The notes under the pieces: generated by a model
What the model was told of the DNA's origin: nothing
Database searches by the model: none
What the model saw: the letters and a program-made list of their open reading frames with translations, nothing else
Shown here: one piece after another, positions 25,801 through 37,600 of the stretch
How positions within the stretch are numbered: the first letter of the stretch is position 1
Layout of the letters: the number at the start of each line of letters is the position of its first letter
Source: Botryllus schlosseri
Lineage: Eukaryota
Length of the DNA: 64,000 nt
Assembly (NCBI GenBank): GCA_051294905.1
Contig: CM119378.1
Location: 2,978,001-3,042,000, forward strand
Reading direction: 5' to 3'
Program-made: the position numbers and the translations under genes

Positions 25801-27946
25801 GCTGCTAGATAGAAATGATACGGCTTGACGTTGTATGTTTATTAAAAAATATCTGTCAATTTTGGTGTCATATTTGTTGTGATTATACCAAAATGTGTCG
25901 ACGGAAGCGTTACGCGTTATTATTATACATTCGCCACCACCTATATTTGTGGAGATGGATTTTAGGCACTCGTTCTTATCAAATCGAAGGCGCAGATTTT
26001 CAAGACACGATCACGTATTTCAAGAAATGCAGTTGCAGAATTCGCTTTAAAATAATAGAAGTCAACCCAATTCTACATGAAAAGTATGATCTTATTTTCG
26101 AGAAAATTAATTTCGTTGCTGTGTATCACTAAGCCTACGCCCTACAGTTATCACTTCCACAAGATAATTGCACGATAATTGAGGTAAATTTAAAGTAAAA
26201 CTTCATAGGGGTTCGCAGGGTCCGTAACGGTCCGAAAGGGGTCCGCGAAGACAAAAAGGTTGAGAATCACTGACTTAGACCATTTTAACGTGGTATTACG
26301 CGTATCGTTGAGAATTTCCTACCTATATCAATTATTTTGGAATCGCAATAGATCTTAAATTACTAATACTACTCAGGTAGGTCGATTTCCTTCCATCTGT
26401 ATGCATCAGCACATATTGCAATCACTCATAACAGCCACGACTTTATTTCGACAGATACAACGCCTCCTCCTACCGTTGAGACCACATCTGAAGACAAGCA
26501 ATTGTCGACAGTCGAAAATTCTGCTAATGGTAAGAAAGAACGCGCGTTACAGACATTGTCAACAAATTTCTATATGATTCTAGAAGAAGCTGTTTTTTGT
26601 TTTGTTTTGAGTCCTTGCGTCTCTTACTGGCATATAGCTATGGCTTACAATTTACATCCACAAAATAATGAAGGTTTCAGGCAAGCTGATATAAGTGTAG
26701 CAGTTGAATCACCGAAATGTATTATTCTCTGTAGCAAGCACATAAGAATATAAGCTTTGTATATAGACAGCGAGACCACTATATGAAGATTCATATACGT
26801 AAATAACATTTATTGATTAGGAGCAACTGTTTCCGATTTCAAAACGGCTCTGAACAATGCTCCACCATTCACCGTTCCAACGCAAACAAGACATATCTTT
26901 CAAGAAAACGCAATGATTGACGGAACAGGTACCACCAATGAAATGCTTCACGACAACACTGTGACTCCAGCAGCAGGTAAGATTTGTCTATAATCTACTG
27001 CACAGTTGAAGTCATGGTTAATCGATGTATTTCCTTATTCAGACTCACGCAATTACGAAATTACCGAGCCTATAGCGGATAGTGAGACGATGCCTTTGAA
27101 TAGATTTTCGCCGAAAGTTAGGTGGAATCCGTCAGATGCGGTGACACCACGCGTCCATATTGCCTCGACAACAGGTATGTGATGTCTACTGCAAGTTAAT
27201 ATGGAGCTATGGCATCATGTAACCATGTTGCTCTAAACACCGAGGTGAGAATTGGCACGCGTCACACAAGATATGAAGTATTGCAGAATGATAAGTCCAT
27301 ACGTATTGACTATGAGGCAGGGACTCTCTTTTGCAGGAAAGGAAATAACCCGAGAGATCAATCGTGCGAACGAAACGGCTTGCATTGTGATCATCGCGTG
27401 CTTGTGCGCTGTCATCATTGGTTTGATCTTTCTGGTTGTTCTAATTTATACACGTAAAAGGTTCGTAAGCAATCTTATGGATGGTGTTTAGTCGTGTAGA
27501 CGCACCCTGAGCTTCCCTTGCTGGTTCATATCCGACATTTCTTTTCTTGGCCTGTATTTAATGTCAAGCGACACACATTCAAATTATTATGGATTTTTGA
27601 ACTTTGAGTTAACAAAGATTTTAATTTCCCAAGGAACAACCCAGCGACGGACCAGGAAAACAATGAAGCGACTGGTGAATCCTTGCTGAATGGCTGTGTG
27701 GGACATGGACATTCAGTAAGTCTTGGCATTTTATCAAATATCGTTTGCACATATACACAACATATTCCTCGTTAATAAAAATTGGTGTGATAGCCGTATC
27801 ATATAAAATAGGAATGGAAAGGCCTTTAAACCCTATCATATTACTAATCCGCCAGCATCTACTATTAAGGTCGCTATTTATTGGGCTATCATGTAGTGAT
27901 AGTCTCGAAAATTCGCCATTTATACTTTCAGAGCGTTACTCTCTGA
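22838..27946 (+). CDS. Paralog C: type I membrane protein (~364 aa), 9 coding exons
   Basis: Exons: 22838-22886 (MIRTVITAALLIACVQ), 23897-24094, 24169-24432 (GFESELPCNDSAVPCCLILTFSKSCSVWKEK...YDGILLDCT), 26455-26529, 26821-26976, 27043-27174 (stalk), 27337-27460 (TM ACIVIIACLCAVIIGLIFLVVLIYTRKR), 27634-27715, 27932-27946 (SVTL*; frame of the last exon uncertain). Open frame, canonical splice sites, exon-by-exon homology with D. Confidence 0.8.
25112..26272. mobile_element. hAT (Charlie/Buster-like) MITE in intron 3 of gene C, with an internal duplication of its left end
   Basis: TIR CAGTGGTTCTCAACC/GGTTGAGAATCACTG; perfect TSD ACTTAGAC; second left end near 25446. Confidence 0.85.
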
Positions 27947-29616
27947 TGTAGTCAAGCGATCCGGAATGGTTCACAGAATAAATGAATCGGCGAGTATACT
28001 ATCTCGTAAATCGCGGCGTAAACAAGAGGAGTCTAATGCAAGCGAATCTACCAGCCTCATGTGTGCGATCGCGAGTGACAGCAGTTCAAATTCTCATTTC
28101 TCTGTGTTTGAATCGTAGCTGTTTCACTTTGCATTTTGTTCAAAATGTCCATTCTGGTGTGATTTTATGAATCTATTCTAAATCCGCAATATTCTCAAAG
28201 TTCAAGGTAATATAATTCTGCTGTTGCAGTGTTTGAATATTGTAGTATATGGGTCAAAATGCAAATTTGATAACAAAATGTTTTGACTTCTATTGCAAAA
28301 ACTCATTAACCTCTTCTGATATAATCTTTCGTGAACCAGGAATTTGATTGGAAATGATTCATGGAGATTTGATATTTTTTAATGTATCGACTGGCAGGTC
28401 TCATACATGATCGATCATTGGAGCATTTTAATATATACCGTTCGCAGTTGAGAGATACTGCTTCCGCGACTCGAAAATTGTATCCGTACAATCTGTATCG
28501 TATATTATTACACTATTTCATTTGGCATCAAATAAACTTGTCTCGTGATATCCATATAAGATGCAGGATGCTTTTAATTGGGTTAGGAAGAAGGGGAATG
28601 ACGACAGGAAATACCTGTACTATCACACCATTGTGTTGGAAGGTAGCGCGCATATCGATATAGCGCGGCAGCGGGATAGTCGACCAAGTTTATGTACAGC
28701 AAGTGCGTCGTGTCCTATTGCATGACATGATCGAGGCAGTTTTTTCCAAAATAAATACTTAGCACAGGACTCGATCATATAGCTATAGATAGATTGGTGG
28801 TTTTGAAAAGTGTTTCGCAAACTCTGTACCGCGACAGATTCTCAGGGGTACCGCGAGTCTTTCGGGATTTTGGAAAATAACTGCATAATATTGACGATAT
28901 GGCGTCCATAGACAAGCATATCCGCTCTTGAAAGCGGTCTGACTTCTGAAATAGCTGATAAATAAGCACGCGAGGCCATTCACCATGACCATGAAACAAA
29001 CCACGGCATTGTCTTTAAGTAGGGCAATGTCCACAGTGTCCGCATTACAATTGCGCTGCTATGTGTCGAATTATTGTCAAATCTAACCATAAATAAGAAA
29101 TCGTGCACCAAATCATGAGCACATTATCTTCACTTCAACACCACTTCAGGATATGTTGTAGTTTTGTAGTAAACAAATGTAGGTGGGCAGTTTTTCGCAA
29201 ATAAATTGATGAGTTTTGTATGTCTCCTTCCAAATCCTATTCCACGATAAGTACAATTAAAATATTGTTGTCATTTGTACCTGAACGGGTATGTCAACAT
29301 GTTTTTTACGTTTTTATTGAAGTTTAGAGCTGTAGCCGAGCGACACAGCCTGGAAAACGACGAAATGCGGGTATGTTTGTCAACAAGCAAACCCCGTTTC
29401 AGTCGAATACATGTTCGTCTAAACAAGCATAGCCATCGCATTACCACGTGAATAGATTTTTAAGTAACTTTCTCGTTAGTGTGTCGCGAGGGCTTTATAA
29501 TTTTCTTGTGTGCCACAGGCCAAATAAGTTTGGTAACCACTGGTCTAGAAAGTACAACACACTGTCTGTGCGTGTGTATTTTTACGCATTTATTGCACCA
29601 TGTGCATAGCATAGAC

Positions 29617-31401
29617 CAGTGGTTCTCAACCTTTTTCACCTCGCGGACCGGTAAAATTTCGAAAAATACTTGACGGACCGGGGGACTTCCAAAAATTGAA
29701 ATCAACCGAAAAGTTAGAGTATGCTGCCGTTTTTTGCAGGTATATGGTGCTAGAGAGTGACATTTTGAGGGGTTTGATTGAAATTAATGATGTTCATGAT
29801 GGCATTCATGCAATGTTCCCTCTAAGCTGCGCACGTGCGCAAATGCCCAGTGCTGACAAGGTCTCTGCGCACAGAAAATCTAACTTGCCCACAAAAAATC
29901 CGAAGTGATGACCTTTTTTTTAGTCGTTACGCACTGTTGTCCAAGGGTCTGCGCATTGAGTTGGTGAGTGTGCGCAGACTCGTCGGAAATTAGAGGGAAC
30001 ATTGCATTCATGTGATCCGTACGGTAGTGAGTTTGCTGAGTCGAAGTAAAATTGCCTTGCGCAGATACACGTGCTACCGCCGAGAGTCTTTTACAGTCTT
30101 TCGCGCCGTAGGCCATGGATGTAACCGAGGACGCCAACTGGATTAATATTCTTCTCTTCGACAATATCGAGAGAAGAAGTGTTTCGGAGTCGAACCAAGC
30201 ACCTTGTCGTGCTACCTTGCTCAAGACTCATTGCCCACAACACCAGACGTATGCTACTCTTTCTACTACAGATGCAATGCGCCGCACGAAAACACCACAC
30301 CACAGCTACAACTGGCCATCCACAAACCCGGGGCCGCAAAACCACTTCGTCAGCCAACCCCCCAAAAAACTTTGGTCTTATTCTTCCTACAGCTAGATGG
30401 ATTTTTTTTCACCAGTACTCGTGAACACATCCAGCCTAATGGCGCAAATCGAGAAATTCTTTTATAATTCATGACCGAATCGGTCAATAATATTATTTAT
30501 TGCTTATATATTGCTCTAATTTTTTATCCTCTCAGAATTATCAGATTTTCCGGTAGAGCTGAGTAAGGTGTTGTCTTGGAAAATTTTCGACACGTCATCA
30601 ATATTAAACATATTCGGTTGGCTTGTTGGAATAATTACTTCTTGTATGTCATTATTTTGTGAAGTACTGTCTGTTATATATAGTGAATGGATATTGATAT
30701 CGCACAAGCGCACTAAACTAGAATACGCACACGATTCCAAACTACTATTTCTTCACTGAAAAATAACTGTTCTCTGTGGGATGGTTTTTGTCTTGTGGGG
30801 TACAGATTGTCAGGACAGCGAAATTCTGCTCCAGCCATTTAGGTGCCCATGAAGAATGTGACACATATATATCGAAGTTTTCGGTCAACAAAGGGCGGTC
30901 GTTTTCGGCCAAGGCGTTCTCTCTGCCGAATCTTTGGCACACTTTTCGTAGTCCTAATGTCCTATGTTCGCCTAAGCTTCATCATGTGTTGGTGCGTCGC
31001 AGCGCGGCAATGGCTGACGCCGGAATGCCTATTCCTATATATCATGCGTATTTCTTGGGGGAAGGGCACCCAACAATCAAGGCATTTAGTGACACTAAAT
31101 CGGGAGAAGCGCGATTTTTTTTAAGTTGGATGAAGTTTCAAAGAAATACTCTATAATTTATGTTCATTCACGAAATCACTTTGGGCCTCCTTCAGTAGGG
31201 GGTTTGGGTGCGGTAGTTACGGTTCTGCACGAAATGAATATATCGAAAACGAATGATCGTGCAAACTGCGCGGTTTGGCGAGTCAGCTCTTACTTGTAGC
31301 ATCTTGAAATCAAGGTATAAAATTGCAAAATACCTGGCGGACCGGCAGGAAGGTCGTCGCGGACCGGCACCGGTCCGCGGACCGGCGGTTGAGAACCACT
31401 G
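29617..31401. mobile_element. hAT MITE with nested inserts at 29811-30004 and 30329-31227
   Basis: TIR CAGTGGTTCTCAACC, TSD GCATAGAC; inner CAATGTTCCCTCTAA element with TSD CATTCATG. Confidence 0.85.
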
Positions 31402-31586
31402 GCATAGACAACGGAAGTTCTGCATGAAAAACGATGTACCTCTTTCTTCAGATTTGGAAACGCTGGCGCGTGCTGCAATGCAGTTGCGTATCGCGGTATA
31501 GTCATGCAATTGTATCATATCACGCAGTGGCTTCTCTGTTCTTGTTTTAGACGTCATTGTACGACGTACGTACATGTACTGAACAG

Positions 31587-32248
31587 TAGGGCTCTTCAAA
31601 TATGACTTTTTTTGTCAAATCGTACTGGCTACTTGATGAAATTGTTAGGTTACCTAATTTAAGCCTACACACAAAATTTGGTTCAATTCCAGCCAGTAAC
31701 CGCTTTGCTACAGGAGAAGTAAGTTTCTATTTATTATATAAAAATGAATAATAAAAAATTTGAAAATTTTCTGTTCACCCCATGAAAGTGTTAGGCTGTC
31801 TATAAAAACGATGCTCACCAAATTTGGTTCAATTCGAACCAATGGAAGCGGAGTTATTGCCGTCGAAAAATTGGGATTTGAATAAAATAGTATTTACGAT
31901 GAGCACAACTTAAATAAATAAACAAAGAATCGGTCACCGTAAATACTATTTCATTCAAATCCAAATTTTTCGACGGCAATAACTCCGCTTCCACTGGTTC
32001 GAATTGAACCAAATTTGGTGAGCATCGTTTCTATAGACAGCCTAACAATTTCATGGGGTGAACAGAAAATTTTCAATTTTTTTATTATTAATTTTTAGAT
32101 AATAAATAGAAACTTTCTTCTCCTGTAGCAAAGCGGTTACTGGCTGGAATTGAACCAAATTCTGTGTGTAGGCTTAAATTAGGTAACCTAACAATTTTAT
32201 GAAGTAGCCAGTACGATTTGAAAAAAAAGTCATTTTTGAAGAGCCCTA
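31587..32248. mobile_element. 662-bp foldback (almost fully palindromic) element
   Basis: ~320-bp arms starting TAGGGCTCTTCAAA; TSD CTGAACAG; same family as 13616-16902 and the half copy at ~37981-38362. Confidence 0.9.
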
Positions 32249-34673
32249 CTGAACAGTTTTACGTTGTGAGAAAGCAACAGGGCTGTTTGCCATTACGGTA
32301 TCACAATGTGCGTCGCCACTGTTCGAGGAACGGTAGCGGCAAAAAATGGTTACCTTCAACTAGAATTATATGAATCATATGAAATACATGCGTATATGCG
32401 ATTGCGAAAGCTTGATTTATCGGATAATTGCGTGTCGATGGCGAAATAATCTGAATTTGTTGTGTCGTAAGCGCCCGCAAAGTTGATGCAAGTTGTCATC
32501 TTTTATTCGCGGACAGTAGTAACTGAACAAAAACATGGAATGACTTCCTGATGCATGGCCTACTAAAAAGTAGGCCATGCTTCCTGCTATTGTAAGCTGA
32601 TGAAACGCATGCGCGCTCGCCACACGTTTCAAAATATGAAGAAGGGAAGTGATAATATCTCGCAATTATCGGCGATTATGACAGTATGAAACGTAGTATT
32701 GGATTATCGACCATGATAGCTCTCGTCATTCACAACAGATGAGTTCGGTAATCGGGAGTATTTACATCATTTTTTCTTTTACGATTACAGCGCTGAATCG
32801 CCAAATCAAGCTGGCTTGAATTTGTGCTCCAATCCTTGCCAGAATTGGATCATTTTTATTTTGACCATAGTGATTTGGTTTTCTGTTTAGTCATAACTTC
32901 GACGTCGTCATACGACCAGAAGCGCCTTTCCAATCTGATGATATTCTGTTCATACAGAAACCGTTATCAATACTTCGGCAATCCGCACACGATTTGTATA
33001 CGGCCAGGGAAAATCTTTATACAATCACACTCAGCCCGAAAAGCTCCTCCTCGTCACCTCATCCGCTTAAGCAGTGTCTTACAAATAACCTAGAAGTGGG
33101 CCGTGGGCTATAAGTCGGCAGTTACGGAAAAAATGAAGAATATCGGACTGGTGTAAATGACCATAGTAGTCGACAAACGTCATGAATACCACAAAACAAA
33201 AAGCACTCAGCACGAAGATAGGTCACGCGTACTCAATAGTAAACCAATACGCGGGGAATCACCGGGTAACAAACCACAGCGCGAAGGTACCTCAAGTAGC
33301 ACTATGGAAAATCGACGTAGAATTAATTGATCTAAGAAATAGATATTAAGAAGTCATTCGATGTCACAAAAGTCATTCTTGTATTGCGTGGTCAATAGAC
33401 TTGCATGCAGCGTAAACTATGGATTCGTACATAGAAAGCTTCAACGTAAACCGTCGCATGTTGACTTAATCTCATCTCCAAGACGTAGCCATATTAATGC
33501 CTTGGCTGAGATATGTAACTCCCATTTATTGTTGATTAGGGAAATGAATGTACTCGCAAATATGCTTCATGCATTCGAAGACCTTAAGAACAATTGACGG
33601 GTGTGCTGATCCCAGGTGCATACGTTAATATATACTGGGATCTGGTAAAGGATATTGAGCAATTGCGTCTCACATAGCAACCAGAATCGTTGACAAGGAA
33701 AGAATGCTGCAAACGATGTGAAGTCAGTCAATGTTGATATGTCGGCACTATAGTCGTGGTATATCGACATTTGCTATTTCCCGCGATGATTATAATGAGT
33801 CATTAGGCCTCATGCTTAAATTGCGCAATGCACTGGTTTATCGGGATATACTGTTTTGATTCACTGAAGGGTGAAAGGCGATCACGTATAGCCTAAATAT
33901 TGTCGTGCTTATGACGGTGTGAATTTATAAAGTAGTGCGGCGCTCTCATTATGGTGATTTGTGAGCTCTTTCCCTTCTCAATATTATTACATGATATTTC
34001 CGAAACATACGTTGTATCGATTACAATGCATGTAATGTAACACAGCGCCGAGCAAAGAATTGAAAGGTTCTATTTGACCGCCACATGGTGTGTATTTGAT
34101 CTGGCGTTGTGTTTTTGATCGATATAAGAACACGATGACTATACTATAGGATAGGTCTATCTCCACGGTGAAACACCCATTCTCTCTCTCTCTCTCTCAA
34201 GGCGAACTGTGACGATAAGCATAAACCGCTTGAGACTATTCCTTGAGACGACTGCAAATAGACTGCACAGTGCACAGTGCACAATCGTGGCTTGTTCATA
34301 TCACAGGCTAGTATAAAATATACCGAGTGACCTAGTGTGCGACAATTGAGGGTTGATCTGGCCTACTTTAATAACGTATCGTTAACACCAATAATTGTTA
34401 TTATATGCAGACTTATTTTAGCAGGCTAGGAAATTGGCAGGTGCTACCGAGAAATATATACTCAATTAATCAGGTCAGAAGATCATCTTTGGTCGTATTT
34501 TTCCAAGATAGATTATGTCGTTATATGTAATTTCCGAGAGCATGACAGATATTGATTTGACAGCTAATTCCATGATTAGAGATTGCATATAGATTAATTC
34601 CATTTCCATTAATTTTATTCAATTTCAAGGAAGAATCTATAGATAGACGTAATTATTATAGACAATATCAAGA

Positions 34674-37600
34674 ATGATCGGAATATTGATGATTACGATG
34701 TTACTGGCCGTGCCCCTTCAAGGTAAGTCACTGCACAATAATTCTAATTAAGTTATTCGACATTTTTATTTTGTGAATGGGTCCATTGCGATATATGAGG
34801 ATTCGGTTCAAACATTATTATTCAAAATAGGAAGGGAAATCTGTTTGCTTACAATCATTATAGGAATTTGCAATAACAGAATTCGTTAGGGCAGGAGTCG
34901 ATTTCCTGTTTCAGACATTCGCGGGTGAAATGTTTCTGCAATAATAAACAGGTCTATTGCGTAACACTTTAGCAATGAGATCATGTGCCCGACTTCTCAC
35001 TTTATTCCGTTGACACCGTTTGGCGTTTGAATAGAATATCACGCTATCTGTAGGCGATTTACTGGCGCAATATATAGCGGATCTACGCAGCACATGGAAA
35101 TTGGAAAGTCACAGGATACTTCATCTTGTGTGAGAAATTGTCTGTATTACAACCACATTTTCACGCTGTGTCAAATATTATAATTTGCCGATGACTTATA
35201 AAACGAAATGAACATCAAACCGCAACTGAAATATTACAGAATGTAAGCTCGTACATCCTAATAACAAAGTGTACTAAACAGCGAGTCTGCTTGGTGACAT
35301 TTTTGCGGCACTGAATTCAACATCCCGAATCTATGACATAATCTATTACTCGCTATATATGCATTGTTAGTGTAATTCTCGGTGCCGTTATGAACACTGC
35401 TCTATATTCAAGTTACAGCAGTTGCCAGCGATGAAGTCTGTGAAAAGACGATTCCTCTCGCTCATGCCGAATCGGGAGGCACAGTGCAAATTTACGGAGG
35501 AAATGACGGCCAACGGACATGCTTGCATATCGCCCAACCCGAGAACAGCGACATTTTGGGGATGATGATTAAACTGCACGGGTCGCAATCCTTTCCGGAA
35601 GACACCGATGTGACAAGAGTATCAGGTACGTTGATTACGTTTCAGATGCTCTGATATTTCCTGAATATTAATATCTCAAAGGACGAGGCAACAATCGGGT
35701 GATTTTACATACTGTGAGAATTTTGCTTTGAGGACTACATTCATTGCAGTAGAATTTATTAACTCGAAGGCTTTTCGTGTGCCCCTTGTCAAGAGCTAAC
35801 GGCACAATAAGAGGCATATACGTATGATATAAGTATGACGTATCAATGTAATAAAAAAAGTAACGCTAGGCAAAGTCAGCTGTTGTGATAGTCTCATAAG
35901 ACAAAGAAACGAGAGGAAATCAAATTACACAATACACGGAAAACGTTGCACAGACAATTAAAGCGGTTTATGTTAATGGAAAATTTTTAAGATTGTACAC
36001 GTACAGAAACTCCTTCTTCCAGCACAAATCATGATTGGCGATTTGGTCAATGGTCAATTTTATGATGGAGGACTTTAATACAGGCAAATGGAACGCAGAT
36101 CCACATTTGGCAATCACAATGAACATACCGTCATTGTAATGTCTGGCACAGACAGGATAATTCACTAGATGTTGACCGATTGATGAATTGTGTGCTTTAA
36201 CCTGGTTATCAGAAGTTAGGACTTAAGAGCCAGAGATCGATCTGTTGATTAACTGACCTAATCTATTTGGTTTTCGTTTGAACCTCTTCGTATATGCTTC
36301 TTACTATGCACTGTGCAGTTAACTTTTGATAAGGGGCACACAAAAAGCTATTGGGTTAATAAATTCTACTGCAATGAATGTACCATTAGTAGTATGTAGT
36401 AAATCAATATTCAAGTATATTACCGCGAGTCACATATTCAGCTATCTGGATTAGCGTATGTTTCCGTTCATTGTCACTTTGCTTTACCTCGACAGACTTC
36501 GAAATCGAACCGTTGCCTGACGACGTCGAACTTCCGCGCTGTCTGATACTGACCTTCGGCAAATCATGCAGTGTTTGGAAAGAGAAACTGCACAGCAAGT
36601 GTCCCGGGCTAGTCGATATGAAGATGATTCATGGGAATGTGACCGTAGAGTTGCTTCGCGGGACCTCGTCCGGGTCAGAGGGCGATGAAAGCTCCAACTC
36701 GTCTGCAACTGTTACATACAAGTACATCACGGTTTACGATGGAATTTTGCTTGATTGTTCCGGTGAGTGTAGGCTATGTGGGTGAAAGTTAGGGTCCTGG
36801 ATTGGTTTCATTCCTTAATCAGTGTTTGAGCTAACTACACATTTCGTTTCGATAATTTAGCTATTAGCATTTCTTGTTATGATCGTAGCAAACCAATGCG
36901 TGAGCGACTGTACCACGTGCGATACGCTTTGTGTGTGAGCTTATAAGACGAGCACGCGCTGTTTTATTTGAATACTTTCCATTTACTCCCCACCCATCGC
37001 GAGATCCATATAGAATATATAGTTTGCTTTCAACTTGACAACGATCAGCCGTGTGCTCGCGTTGATGTTTCCATTTCATTATAATTCCCGAAGAAAATTA
37101 TTATTATCGATTTGTGCTCTATTTCGCAACAATCAATCCCGGTGACATGTTATACAGAAGCCTGTTACGCGTCAAAGTCAAATATTGCACTACGTATGTT
37201 CCGCGGTCGATGGTGTTATGGCGTAGATATACCGATATAACCGCCGTCACAGGGCTTTAATATTGGACAATTGTCTACAATTAACGATTGCTTTTGTTTG
37301 TGATTTAGTTATGACAACTGAGAGTTCTCTGTCATCTACCGCAGCAGCTCAAACCAAGGAAATGCTTCAGGAAAACACCAGTATTACCGAAGCAGGTATG
37401 GTTTATCTATTTACAATCGGAGCCACTTTAATCGATATGCATGGTACGATCTCTTATTAAGATACGCCACATTCTGAGAACAACACGCCAGGAATGGAGA
37501 ACCAGACAATGATGTCGGATAGGCATTCGCCAAAATTTGGATGGACTCCGACAATTACGGTGCCTACGAGCGTCCGAAATATCTCAACACCAGGTTTGTG

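Noticed and set aside
27465..27470. Stronger-looking GTAAGC donor 4 nt downstream of the chosen C TM donor
   Set aside because: It puts the next exon in a frame that stops quickly and is not conserved in D, whereas the phase-2 donor gives homologous open frames in both.
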